DNA of 64,000 bases from a virus (IMGVR_UViG_3300046710_000146:49863-113862); one strand, 5' to 3'; positions 9,248 to 18,403 are shown, counted from the first letter of the stretch. Notes: generated from the letters alone by a model not told the origin. Numbers and translations are program-made.

Positions 9248-10264
9248 ATGAAACGAATGGTATGTGACGTCTCAAATTTATTTTGGAGATCAGTGAGCGC
9301 TCAACAGCGGTACGGCCCGGCTGATGCGACTGATTCAGCTGGTCTCGGGCTGCATATGAGCTTGATGTCGCTGCGCAAGCACTGGAACAACATCAAGCCA
9401 GACAAGCTCGCGATTGTGTTCGAAGGAAAGCAGAACTGGCGGAAAGAATACACCCGCTCTGATCAGTGCTATTCTCAGCGGCTGTACAAGGGAAACCGTG
9501 TTGCTGATCCAAGCATGGCTGTTCTGTTTGAGGTCATGAAGGCCTTTGAAGATCTTGCACGGCAGCATACGAACATCGTGACACTCGTGCACCCACGTCT
9601 TGAAGGCGATGATTTGATCGGTGGCTATGCGCATCATTTTGCTCAGCAGGGCGATGAGGTTGCAATCTTGTCTGGTGACAAGGACTTCGTGCAGTTCCTT
9701 GGTAACCCGCTGATCTCGCTGATCAACCCAGATGATGGCAAACCGCGGACCTTGTTGGATGTCTGTGGGGTTGATGATGCTGGGTACTTCATGTTTGAGA
9801 AGTGTTTCCGTGGCGACGCAGGCGACAACGTTCTCCCTGGGTTGCCGCGCGTTCGCAAGACCAAGCTGCAGAAGGCGTACGGCATAAATGGGGTGCCGGC
9901 CGATGACTTCGAGATGACGAACCTGATGAATAGCTCATGGGAGTTCATCCACCCCGAGTCAGGCGATAAGCGCATGATGTCTGTCGAGAAGATGTACGTG
10001 GAGAATGATCTGTTGATGAACCTCCGTGGGCAGCCACCTGAGATTCAGGCACTGATCACCCAGGTCATCGAGCATGAAAGTGAGAACCATGGGAAGTTCG
10101 ACTTCTTCCAGTTCCAGAAGTTCCTTGGCACATACAAGCTTCAACAGATCGCTGAGCGCTCGACGGACTTTGTGCCGATGTTCAGCGGGAAGTCACCATC
10201 AACGGTTCCAGCAAATTCAAAGGTCAAACAGCTCGCTGAGCGGCTTGGAGGGCTATCATTTTGA
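9248..10264 (+). CDS. rnh: T4 RNase H-like 5'-3' exonuclease (FEN family)
   Basis: D.SN, WRK..Y...YKGNR, EGDD, SGDKDF.Q, GD.GDN motifs. Confidence 0.9.
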   Translation: MKRMVCDVSNLFWRSVSAQQRYGPADATDSAGLGLHMSLMSLRKHWNNIKPDKLAIVFEGKQNWRKEYTRSDQCYSQRLYKGNRVADPSMAVLFEVMKAFEDLARQHTNIVTLVHPRLEGDDLIGGYAHHFAQQGDEVAILSGDKDFVQFLGNPLISLINPDDGKPRTLLDVCGVDDAGYFMFEKCFRGDAGDNVLPGLPRVRKTKLQKAYGINGVPADDFEMTNLMNSSWEFIHPESGDKRMMSVEKMYVENDLLMNLRGQPPEIQALITQVIEHESENHGKFDFFQFQKFLGTYKLQQIAERSTDFVPMFSGKSPSTVPANSKVKQLAERLGGLSF

Positions 10265-10497
10265 TTAAGATCTATCACATCTTTGATGAGGGTGGTGACG
10301 ATGAAGGTGAGATCGAGGGGATGTTCAACAAAGACGGTGAACTCCTCGGCGGTTGGTGCTTGAATGACGGGAACTGGCGTGGCGAGTACATGAATGGGTT
10401 CTTGGCTGCACTCGGCATTGAAGTCGTTGACGACAGCGGTCGGAACACGAAGAAGCGAAAAGACATGGTCAAGAAACTGCGTGAGCAACTGGTATGA
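10261..10497 (+). CDS. hypothetical protein
   Basis: TTGA overlap, GGAGG upstream. Confidence 0.65.
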   Translation: MIKIYHIFDEGGDDEGEIEGMFNKDGELLGGWCLNDGNWRGEYMNGFLAALGIEVVDDSGRNTKKRKDMVKKLREQLV

Positions 10498-10814
10498 ATA
10501 TAACGGACCCTAACACTCCAGGTACCCCGTCTTCTCGGTTCACTCATCTCTTAGGTGAGCTTGATAAGCGGTTCCCAGACAAAAGACCGTTCTCGGCCGA
10601 TCCCGCCGAGGGTCGATACCTAAACGAGATCGATCGTATAATTGCTAAGACTGCCGATAAGCTCGTGCATCAGGTGAAGCTTGATGACTGGGCGCATGTT
10701 GTGCGGGTGATGAAGGAATACAAGAAGAAGGTCCATGCTCGGTACTACCTGCATGTGTCCGAGCTAAAAGAAGGATATCGTGTGAAGATCTTCAAGCGAG
10801 CTGCATATGATTGA
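10494..10814 (+). CDS. hypothetical protein
   Basis: ATGA overlap. Confidence 0.7.
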   Translation: MNITDPNTPGTPSSRFTHLLGELDKRFPDKRPFSADPAEGRYLNEIDRIIAKTADKLVHQVKLDDWAHVVRVMKEYKKKVHARYYLHVSELKEGYRVKIFKRAAYD

Positions 10815-11349
10815 TTACGCCCGGCTTGGGCGATCAGTCGAGCACTACGAGAAGGTTGGGTACACTCACGTTGAGGTGCCTTGGACCGTCACCCAAGCGG
10901 TGTCGAATATCACGAAGCCGCCAGGTGCTGGCGAGTACTTGATAAACAGCAAGAATAAAGTGCTTGTTGCCTCGGGTGAGCAAGGATTTCTGTACCTCGC
11001 CCTAAAGGGGTTCTTGCCACCTGGGAAATTCCAAGCGATTACGCCGTGTTTTCGTGATGAGCCATTCGATGTCTCGCACACGAAGTACTTCATGAAGAAC
11101 GAGCTGATCATCACCGATGATCCGTCTATCGAGATGGTCAAGAAGATCATAGGCGATGCGTTGGAGTACTTCCATACTGAGCACCCAACGGGGGTGCTGC
11201 GCGTAGTTGAAACCGCGGTGGGGTGCGACATCGAGCTGAATGGCATTGAGCTCGGTTCATATGGGTTACGAAAGACGAGCTTCCTGACCTGGGTGTACGG
11301 CACTGGGCTGGCTGAACCCCGATTTACAATGGCGAAGAACGCAGCATGA
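10807..11349 (+). CDS. stand-alone class II aminoacyl-tRNA synthetase-like catalytic domain
   Basis: Motif 1 GYTHVEVPW, motif 2 CFRDE...YFMKNEL, motif 3 YGTGLAEPRF; 180 aa, no anticodon-binding domain. Confidence 0.75.
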   Translation: MIDYARLGRSVEHYEKVGYTHVEVPWTVTQAVSNITKPPGAGEYLINSKNKVLVASGEQGFLYLALKGFLPPGKFQAITPCFRDEPFDVSHTKYFMKNELIITDDPSIEMVKKIIGDALEYFHTEHPTGVLRVVETAVGCDIELNGIELGSYGLRKTSFLTWVYGTGLAEPRFTMAKNAA

Positions 11350-11528
11350 TTGAAAAAACTAAACTAGAACCCTGCCAAGGGACATGTGAAAAGCACGTCG
11401 GAGAAGTATCCGAAGTCGCTGTTTCAGGGTGGGGGACATTCTTCTACTGCGAAGAGGCTATTGCAGAAGATAAACGTCGTGGGCTTACCGTTTACAAGGT
11501 GCAGAAAAGAGAAGCGCAACATGATTGA
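11346..11528 (+). CDS. small Cys-containing hypothetical protein
   Basis: ATGA overlap; overlaps the next start. Confidence 0.6.
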   Translation: MIEKTKLEPCQGTCEKHVGEVSEVAVSGWGTFFYCEEAIAEDKRRGLTVYKVQKREAQHD

Positions 11529-12129
11529 GCTAACAGACGCGGCTGAGCGGTTCTATAATATGAACCCCCGTGAATATCACAATTACGATCATCACGCCAA
11601 TGATGTAGTCAGACAAATTTTTACACTCTGTGAAAAGCCGTCGAATGCACTTGTTCTTGCTGGCGTGTGGCACGACGCCATTTATTTTCCTGGCGCTGAT
11701 CAAGTTCAGAAGGCGCTGAATGAACACGCCTCGGCAGCGGCGTTGTTCAGCACGCACAAGACCTTGCGGTCTAAGGTGAAGCAAGCGGATGTGGATCAAG
11801 CGATGGTGCTTATCATTGGGACCTGCATCGATGAGCACCTATCAGCGCTGCCAAAATCAGGTGATCAAGCGATCTTGATGGACGCGGATCTTGGTGGGTT
11901 GGCGGCGCCGTGGCTGCAGTTCATTGATAGTCAGGAAAAGATCATCCGTGAGAACAATGCCGAGGTGAATGAGACCTCGCTGCGTGCATGCTCCACATTC
12001 TTAACTCGGTTGCTGAACTGCCGTCCACATCTGTATCACACTGATCTGGCTCGAGAGCTTTATGAAGTCAGGGCCAAAGCGAACATCATTGCATTTGAGG
12101 TGCTACATAATGAGCTACCATCTAGCTGA
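11521..12129 (+). CDS. HD-superfamily phosphohydrolase
   Basis: YHN..H, WHDAIY, NE..SA, DADL motifs. Confidence 0.8.
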   Translation: MIELTDAAERFYNMNPREYHNYDHHANDVVRQIFTLCEKPSNALVLAGVWHDAIYFPGADQVQKALNEHASAAALFSTHKTLRSKVKQADVDQAMVLIIGTCIDEHLSALPKSGDQAILMDADLGGLAAPWLQFIDSQEKIIRENNAEVNETSLRACSTFLTRLLNCRPHLYHTDLARELYEVRAKANIIAFEVLHNELPSS

Positions 12130-12352
12130 AATTGAACGGGGTGTATTCGGCGAGTTCTCCAAGATCGAGGAGGAGTTCCTCGAGGCGAAGGATGCCCTAG
12201 CACAGGAGAACCCGGTGATGGTTCTTCAAGAGCTGAGCGACATGCTTGGCGCCATTGAGGCGTACACTGCCAGATACAACATCACGCTGATTGATTTGAT
12301 CATCATGAAGGACGCCACGAAGCGTGCATTTGAGAGCGGACATCGGTCATGA
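12110..12352 (+). CDS. MazG-like all-alpha NTP pyrophosphohydrolase
   Basis: KIEEEFLE..DA ... ELSD (ExxE...ExxD); GAGG RBS. Confidence 0.7.
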   Translation: MSYHLAEIERGVFGEFSKIEEEFLEAKDALAQENPVMVLQELSDMLGAIEAYTARYNITLIDLIIMKDATKRAFESGHRS

Positions 12353-12609
12353 GTAACTTCGTTCAAGAGCTGCCAGTTGATCCGGAAGAAGGGTGCTTGG
12401 TCTGGCTGTCGCTCGGCAAAGAGGGATTTTGGTCTGAGCAGCTTTTCAAAGATGGCAGGTGGTGTGAAGTTGGAGGTATGGCCGTGCCATATATTCCATC
12501 AGAGTTTAAGAAGCTAATTCCATTGCTCCGTGTGGCATCAGAGCGCTCAATGACTCTTGAGAAACTTGGGATGTTTCCAATGGGTAGCCCCGAGGTAAAA
12601 AGCTCCTAG
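12349..12609 (+). CDS. hypothetical protein
   Basis: ATGA overlap. Confidence 0.65.
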   Translation: MSNFVQELPVDPEEGCLVWLSLGKEGFWSEQLFKDGRWCEVGGMAVPYIPSEFKKLIPLLRVASERSMTLEKLGMFPMGSPEVKSS

Positions 12610-12632
12610 CAGGTGCTTTCGGCCGGGCCTTG

Positions 12633-12638
12633 TAAATA
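12633..12638 (+). promoter_or_regulatory. late promoter TAAATA
   Basis: Intergenic motif copy. Confidence 0.65.
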
Positions 12639-12640
12639 AA

Positions 12641-12709
12641 GTGCGGCTTCGTCCGCACAAAGGGTTCAGGTCAGCTGTTGCTGCCCTGGTAAATCGTTCA
12701 CGATTACCC
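12641..12709 (+). promoter_or_regulatory. structured 5' leader (hairpin plus three-way junction)
   Basis: GTGCGG/CCGCAC; GGGT/ACCC enclosing CAGG-CAGC/GCTG-CCTG and ATCG/CGAT. Confidence 0.45.
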
Positions 12710-12725
12710 ATACAAGGAGCATAGA

Positions 12726-13154
12726 ATGGCAACACGTAATGTTATCGAAAAGCGCGCGACTGATCTCCGCCACGTTTTCCTCATTGACTGGAACGACGAT
12801 GGTCTCCTGAAGGAGATTGCAGTCGTCATGGAAACGACAGATGGCACGATCTTCGGCATTCAAGTTGATCGGCTTCACCCGATTGACAAAGGCCGTCTGA
12901 AAAAGGTGGTCACGAGTGTGCACGCAGACAAATATCCGCTGTGGGAACTTCTCTCACAAGGCAAGTTGAACAATGGCATGAACGCATTGGACTTCTTCCA
13001 TACAAACTACGTGAAGATTAAACGTCCACGTGGTGCGGTTGTTGGCGGCGGCTTGGCTACTATTCAACTCGACCTGGATGATGGCAAGCAAATTGGCTCG
13101 CAGTTCTCGGACCCACGTGGCGCCGTGGTTGCGGGTGAACGTCCACAGATGTAA
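12726..13154 (+). CDS. hypothetical protein (late, monocistronic)
   Basis: AAGGAG RBS, own promoter and terminator. Confidence 0.85.
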   Translation: MATRNVIEKRATDLRHVFLIDWNDDGLLKEIAVVMETTDGTIFGIQVDRLHPIDKGRLKKVVTSVHADKYPLWELLSQGKLNNGMNALDFFHTNYVKIKRPRGAVVGGGLATIQLDLDDGKQIGSQFSDPRGAVVAGERPQM

Positions 13155-13173
13155 TTCATCTGGGCGCAAGCAG

Positions 13174-13197
13174 AAGGTCGCTTCGGCGACCTTTTTT
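13174..13197 (+). terminator. rho-independent terminator
   Basis: AAGGTCGC-TTCG-GCGACCTT followed by a T tract. Confidence 0.9.
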
Positions 13198-13308
13198 GTT
13201 AACCTGAACAGGAGAAACACCGTTAATTAAACGCTCTGTATAATGAGCCTACCTCTGACCCATAGAATAGACGGGGGAACCCGCTGAACTATCACTAAGG
13301 AGATACCA

Positions 13309-13950
13309 ATGTACAAGATCCATGCAGCCCTTGCGGTTGTACTTTCTCTTGTTACCGCTGCCGTCTTGAAGCTTGATTTCTTGATGCCAGAACCAACCGC
13401 AAACGTCGTGTTGGCCGAAAAATCGAACGTCATTCTCGGCGGGCAGGCAGCCGTCGTAGTTCCTGGCGATCTCTCAACATCTCAACATCTGATTCTGAAC
13501 AAGGCATATGAGCAGGCAAAGGCCGACGGGCACAAGAACCCCGAGCTCGTGCAGGGTGTGCTGCTCCAAGAATCCAAGGCGGGTGGCATGGCATCGTACA
13601 AGGTCGCCGGAAATAAAGGCGACGAGTACTTTGGGCTTGGGCAGTTGAAGCTGTCCGCTGTCCGTGATGTGATGTTGAAGTGGCCTGCACTTTGGGCGAA
13701 GTACAAGTTCCAGACGCGCACCGATGATGAACTGAAAGCGAACTTGATCTTGAACCACGCGTTCAACATTGAGTGCACGTCAAAATACCTGCGGCTGCTG
13801 CAGCTCACGTACGGCTTTCAAGGTCGTGAGCTGGTGAACGCGTATAATCGCGGGCCTGGTGGCGTGAAGGCAATAAACAACGCCGACTTCCACTACGCAA
13901 TAGGTGTTGAACAGAAGCTAGCAAGTGCCCGGCGCAGTGGGAAGATGTGA
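13309..13950 (+). CDS. SLT/lysozyme-like lytic transglycosylase with an N-terminal hydrophobic anchor
   Basis: QES catalytic Glu, GLGQ, AYNxG motifs; TAAGGAG RBS; TG-TATAAT upstream. Confidence 0.8.
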   Translation: MYKIHAALAVVLSLVTAAVLKLDFLMPEPTANVVLAEKSNVILGGQAAVVVPGDLSTSQHLILNKAYEQAKADGHKNPELVQGVLLQESKAGGMASYKVAGNKGDEYFGLGQLKLSAVRDVMLKWPALWAKYKFQTRTDDELKANLILNHAFNIECTSKYLRLLQLTYGFQGRELVNAYNRGPGGVKAINNADFHYAIGVEQKLASARRSGKM

Positions 13951-13980
13951 AGATGTGAAGATGTGAAGATGTGAAGATGT
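13941..13980 (+). repeat. perfect tandem repeat (GAAGATGT) x5
   Basis: Read directly from the sequence. Confidence 0.97.
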
Positions 13981-14008
13981 GTTTTGATCCAACTTTAGAA
14001 AGTGTAAA

Positions 14009-14425
14009 ATGAAAAAAACTCTTATTGCAATGAGTCTCGTGTTTACGGCTGCATTGGCAAATGCAAATATGGTCATGATTGGTGAGTCTGCAACGGGTGG
14101 GCTACGGCTCATGGTGGATGCGCAATCTCTCGTCAAGAACGTGGGCAATGATGGAGTGCCCCGTTACGCCGCGGCTTTTCAGTACGTGGAAAATGGCGTA
14201 TTTGAACCAATGATCGTATACGCCACCGCCGCAGCATCGTGCCGTCAGAAACAGGGGAAGCTGTCGCTCTTTGAAGACGCAGCAGGTGGCGGTGTTGTGA
14301 ACACTGCCAATTACTTCTGGGTTGAAGGTGGCAGCAAAATGTATGACTTCGCAGGCATTGCGTTATGCGCGCTTGCCAACATCGATGCCAAAAAGCCCAA
14401 AAAGATCAACAAGGAAAAGCTATGA
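14009..14425 (+). CDS. exported protein with a Sec signal peptide
   Basis: MKKTLIAMSLVFTAALANA signal peptide. Confidence 0.75.
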   Translation: MKKTLIAMSLVFTAALANANMVMIGESATGGLRLMVDAQSLVKNVGNDGVPRYAAAFQYVENGVFEPMIVYATAAASCRQKQGKLSLFEDAAGGGVVNTANYFWVEGGSKMYDFAGIALCALANIDAKKPKKINKEKL

Positions 14426-14964
14426 CAATGCGCATCCCGCTGACCGGTGAAGGTGCTGAAGCCCCGAAGAATTTGCAACGGTATATCAAAGAACGGCACG
14501 TGATTCAGCGGCTGAATACGATGGGTGAGTGGGAAGATGTAATTGAAGCAGATGCTGGTGCCATCGATCCAAAAACACTTGCTGAAATCGACTTCGCCGA
14601 GGCGATCGCTGATAATTTCAACGATGAACACATTGCTAGAGTTGATGTGGTGAACGCGGTTTATGCTGGGATGCGCTTCAAGATGCAGCAAGAGGTGCCC
14701 GCGCCCCGCTCAATTCTGCGCCTGACCCCAGAAGAGCGGAAGGAGATCATGGCGAAGAACCCGCCCCTGATCGCAGGAATTCACAGTGCTAATGCGTACT
14801 TCGATTGGCAATGGCAAGGTTGCGGCTTTGGCCAGTTGGCTTTCAGCTATGATCGCGAAACTGACGAAATCACGTGTTCAGACGAACGCATGGGCAAGGA
14901 GCGGGTCCGCACACTTTTGTACGCGCTGGCTGATCACATCGCTGATAACGCCACGTTCGACTGA
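14422..14964 (+). CDS. hypothetical protein
   Basis: AAGGA RBS, ATGA overlap. Confidence 0.7.
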   Translation: MTMRIPLTGEGAEAPKNLQRYIKERHVIQRLNTMGEWEDVIEADAGAIDPKTLAEIDFAEAIADNFNDEHIARVDVVNAVYAGMRFKMQQEVPAPRSILRLTPEERKEIMAKNPPLIAGIHSANAYFDWQWQGCGFGQLAFSYDRETDEITCSDERMGKERVRTLLYALADHIADNATFD

Positions 14965-14984
14965 CTACGGAGTGAGAGCCAAAA

Positions 14985-15182
14985 ATGATCAGCACAATTC
15001 AATTTGAACATGGTAAAGAAACCTGTGCAAGTAAGCCCGGTGTATTTTGTCGTTGGCAAGGTGCAATGGGTTTTGGTACACGTCCTGTTTGCATGTTGTT
15101 TAACAACGAACCACTGCGGGATAAAGATGGTTGGTTGCAACGCTGCAAACAATGTAAAGAAGAATTCCCACCCGCACCTTAA
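14985..15182 (+). CDS. small Cys-rich hypothetical protein
   Basis: GGAG upstream, five Cys residues. Confidence 0.55.
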   Translation: MISTIQFEHGKETCASKPGVFCRWQGAMGFGTRPVCMLFNNEPLRDKDGWLQRCKQCKEEFPPAP

Positions 15183-15290
15183 ATGGCCAAAGGTTGGGTT
15201 GCGCAACATACGTGCGCGAATGTTGGAATCAACCCAATGTCGTGCTCCCTTTACGAACGCACCTCGGCATAATCCTCGGCCCTCCAGACA

Positions 15291-15315
15291 ATGCCCGGTT
15301 CATCCGGGCATTTTT
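15291..15315 (+). terminator. rho-independent terminator
   Basis: ATGCCCGG-TTCAT-CCGGGCAT followed by a T tract. Confidence 0.85.
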
Positions 15316-15378
15316 GTTTATGGAACCTATCATCTGATCCCGGACCTTCTGCAGGGACGCACGTCATGGCCCAATTGT

Positions 15379-15384
15379 TACAAT
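15379..15384 (+). promoter_or_regulatory. TACAAT -10 element, 6 nt before ATG 15391
   Basis: TGTTACAAT-tgagct-ATG. Confidence 0.65.
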
Positions 15385-15390
15385 TGAGCT

Positions 15391-15726
15391 ATGAAACACA
15401 AGACCCCAAAGTGCGATAACCCAAAAGCCAAGAGAGTCGAGCTTGAACGATCTTGGGCTGCGATGCTTGCTAAGCACGCCAAGCCGTTGGAGCGGGGTGC
15501 GTGCGCGTTTGGTATCAAGGTCAAAGCGCAGGCACCCAAACCGGTCGAAGTTCCTCCTCGGATTCGATCTAATCCAAACTGCATGATGGGGCCAGCAACG
15601 AAGGCCCCACCAAAGATCTACACAGGGAACAAGATCATTGGGATCGCCACGATGCACAAGTCGAACATGGTGCCGATCTTCAATGAAGAGGCGGCAATTG
15701 AGGTCGCGCAGATGCGCAGGAATTGA
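15391..15726 (+). CDS. conserved T4-like phage hypothetical protein
   Basis: C-terminal YTG..IIGIATMHKSN.VP motif. Confidence 0.75.
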   Translation: MKHKTPKCDNPKAKRVELERSWAAMLAKHAKPLERGACAFGIKVKAQAPKPVEVPPRIRSNPNCMMGPATKAPPKIYTGNKIIGIATMHKSNMVPIFNEEAAIEVAQMRRN

Positions 15727-15727
15727 T

Positions 15728-15859
15728 ATGGGCTATGAACGTAAGAACAGTGACGATGATGAAGCGAACGGGCAGTTCAGCTGGTTTGGGGCGTGCTCGA
15801 TCCTCGTCATCTGCCTCAGTCCGCTAATACTTTTGGTGATACTCCAACTGAAGACATAA
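15728..15859 (+). CDS. small membrane protein
   Basis: Hydrophobic C-terminal helix, TAATG coupling to primase. Confidence 0.5.
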   Translation: MGYERKNSDDDEANGQFSWFGACSILVICLSPLILLVILQLKT

Positions 15860-16884
15860 TGCAACAGAAGCTTCTTCGTGACTTAATCGAGTCGAACATT
15901 CACCTGGGTCAAGAATCCAGCACGGGATTTCGAGGGCTGCGATGCGCGGTCTGCAATGATCACTCTGAACGTGCTGGGTTTAAGTTCGACGGTGACATGG
16001 TGATCTACAACTGCTTCAACTGCCATACGAAGTCGTTGTACGAGGAGCGCACGACCGACATGTCGGTCTCGATGAAACGGGTCCTTGAGGCATTCGGAAT
16101 CTCACGAGAGAAGATCAACGAGGTCGTTGGTTCCGCGTTCTTTGTGCAGAGCCAAGAACCAAAGGAGATTACCTCAGCTTCAATGAAGCCACAGGTTCGG
16201 CTGTTCACCCCCGAGGTTCCGCTTCCACCGAAATCATATCCAATTGGCGCCCCGCATAATGAGGACCTTCAGCTTCCGCTCGCCGAGTACATCGTTCACC
16301 GAGGGTTGGATCCAGAAAAACTGAATGCGCACTTCAGTCTTGACACTCGGTTTCTCAATCGCGTGATCCTCCCGTGCATGCGTGATGGGAAGGTCATCTA
16401 TTGGCAGGCGCGTACGCTTGGGAACACCAAACCGCGGTACCTATCGCCAGGCACGAACAAAGATGCGGTGATGTGGGGGTACGATAATCTTCGTATGAAC
16501 TACGATGCGCCGCTGTTTATCACCGAGGGAATCTTCGATGCTGCATCATGTGATGGTGTTGCACTGCTTGGGTCGGAGATCAATGAGTCAAAGCTGCAGA
16601 TTCTAAATCGGTCGCGGCGAAGACGAGCGGTCGTGATCGACCGTGATGACAATGGTGGGCGGCTTGCCCAACTCGCACTGAGCCATGGCTGGGAGATCAC
16701 GTTCCCGCCAACAGGTGCGAGCGATGTAAATGACAGCGTGCAGAAGTTCGGAAAGCTGTTCACGATCTGGACCCTACTTCAGAACATGACGGTCCCAACA
16801 GGACTGAGAACAGCTGAAGGTACCACGTTACAATCACAACTACAGCTTGGTGTGCAGATGGCACTGGCAAAGATGAGGAGATAA
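15859..16884 (+). CDS. gp61: DNA primase (gp61-like)
   Basis: Zn ribbon CxxC...CFNC, TOPRIM EGIFD and DRD motifs. Confidence 0.9.
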   Translation: MQQKLLRDLIESNIHLGQESSTGFRGLRCAVCNDHSERAGFKFDGDMVIYNCFNCHTKSLYEERTTDMSVSMKRVLEAFGISREKINEVVGSAFFVQSQEPKEITSASMKPQVRLFTPEVPLPPKSYPIGAPHNEDLQLPLAEYIVHRGLDPEKLNAHFSLDTRFLNRVILPCMRDGKVIYWQARTLGNTKPRYLSPGTNKDAVMWGYDNLRMNYDAPLFITEGIFDAASCDGVALLGSEINESKLQILNRSRRRRAVVIDRDDNGGRLAQLALSHGWEITFPPTGASDVNDSVQKFGKLFTIWTLLQNMTVPTGLRTAEGTTLQSQLQLGVQMALAKMRR

Positions 16885-16885
16885 G

Positions 16886-17053
16886 ATGGCAGAATTTGGA
16901 ATAACACTTGGGTTTGTGATCACCGCAGATTCATATGAGGGCGCGGGTGAGATTGCCGCAAAGATACGAGATGACGCTGTTAAGGCAGGTGATGCTAACT
17001 TCGGGAACATTGCCGAAGTAGAGCTCATTTCAGGCGAGGTGTCTGATGAGTGA
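16886..17053 (+). CDS. small hypothetical protein (55 aa)
   Basis: GAGGAG RBS; fills the primase-helicase gap. Confidence 0.6.
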   Translation: MAEFGITLGFVITADSYEGAGEIAAKIRDDAVKAGDANFGNIAEVELISGEVSDE

Positions 17054-18389
17054 GTTCATGGTCGATGATGCCGCACAACGGCTATACATAAACGCAATGT
17101 TGGGGAACCCATCGCTGTTTGCACGTGTTCAACATCTGGTGCAGCCATCATACTTTGACGGTGGTCTCCAAGGGGGCGTGCAGTTCATGAAGGAGTTCTA
17201 CTACAAGCACCGCGGGGTGCCATCACCTCAGGTGTTTGCAGCCGGTACGAAGCTCAAGGTCGATGCACAGGAGCTCCCATTGCAGGATCTTGCTTTCGTA
17301 GCTGAACAGATCGCTGGGTTCTGTCAGATTCGAGCGGTCACTGAGGCCGTGCTGAAGGCACCAGCCTTGATGGAGAAGGGTGACTTCGGCAAGATGGTCG
17401 AGCAGATCAAGCTTGCATCACAGGTTCAGCTGCACTCTGATCTCGGCATCGAGTACTTCTTGGATCCCGTTGCACGCCTTGAAGAGAGTGAAGCACTTGA
17501 GGTGTTGATCCCGTTGGGATGGAGCTCAGTTGACGATATGATCGGTGGTGGTGTTGGCCGACAAGAGCTCGTGCTGATCACCGCGAATTCTGGTGGCGGT
17601 AAATCCGTCGTGATGTTGAACATTGGCTTTAACCTCTTAAAACGTGGGTTGAATGGCGTGTACATCACATTGGAGATGCGTGATCGTGTCGTGGCAAAGC
17701 GCCTTGACTCAATGATCAGCCGAATCTCGGGCAAGAACATCTTCATGAACAAGCTTAAGGTAGGCCAAGAGGTTGAGCTGTTCAAGGAGCAGGAGGCCGG
17801 TCGGTTGTTCATCAAGCGTATGCGCGAAGGCTCCACCACGGCAGATCATATCGCCTCATACCTTCGTGAACTAGAGGCCGTGCACGGCTTCCGGCCAGAC
17901 TTTGTGATCGTTGACTACATCGACCTGATGTCGTCAATCCAAAAGCATGATGGTTCGAACATGTTCACCAAGGACAAGTTCGTGACTGAAGAGGTCCGTG
18001 CAATCGGCTTTGACTTCGACTGTCTGATGATCAGCGCATCACAACTTGGGCGCGGCGCCATTGAAGCAACCCGTGAGCAGAAGTCATTGGATCAAGCGCA
18101 CATCCAGGGCGGCATCTCAAAGATCAACACCTCCGATCTCGTGATCGCGGTCGTGAAGGATGAGGCGATGGATGCCGCTGGTGAATATCGATTCGAGTTC
18201 CTAAAAGCTCGAAATTCAAATGCCGTGAATAAAAAGGTCACCATGGCATGGGATGCTGACAGTCTACGGGTCACGGACCTGGGGCTAAAACTTGTGACCG
18301 CGCCGCATCGTCGACCAGGGCTAACCCTTCCAGACACTAAACCTGGCAAGGGTGGAGATGGCCTGGCCGATTTGCTGGGACGAAAGTGA
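17046..18389 (+). CDS. gp41: DnaB-like replicative helicase (gp41-like)
   Basis: Walker A ANSGGGKS, TLEM, VDYIDLM, SASQ, KAR motifs. Confidence 0.93.
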   Translation: MSEFMVDDAAQRLYINAMLGNPSLFARVQHLVQPSYFDGGLQGGVQFMKEFYYKHRGVPSPQVFAAGTKLKVDAQELPLQDLAFVAEQIAGFCQIRAVTEAVLKAPALMEKGDFGKMVEQIKLASQVQLHSDLGIEYFLDPVARLEESEALEVLIPLGWSSVDDMIGGGVGRQELVLITANSGGGKSVVMLNIGFNLLKRGLNGVYITLEMRDRVVAKRLDSMISRISGKNIFMNKLKVGQEVELFKEQEAGRLFIKRMREGSTTADHIASYLRELEAVHGFRPDFVIVDYIDLMSSIQKHDGSNMFTKDKFVTEEVRAIGFDFDCLMISASQLGRGAIEATREQKSLDQAHIQGGISKINTSDLVIAVVKDEAMDAAGEYRFEFLKARNSNAVNKKVTMAWDADSLRVTDLGLKLVTAPHRRPGLTLPDTKPGKGGDGLADLLGRK

Positions 18390-18403
18390 TTTTTCGATCT
18401 CGC

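Noticed and set aside
10807-11349. Functional tRNA synthetase
   Set aside because: Too short and lacks a tRNA-recognition domain
10807-12352. Canonical Z-genome (purZ) cluster
   Set aside because: No adenylosuccinate synthetase-like gene in the window; only the enzyme logic is similar
13941-13980. CRISPR-like array
   Set aside because: 8-bp units with no spacers and no cas operon; the PD-(D/E)xK gene at 24263 resembles an ordinary phage exonuclease
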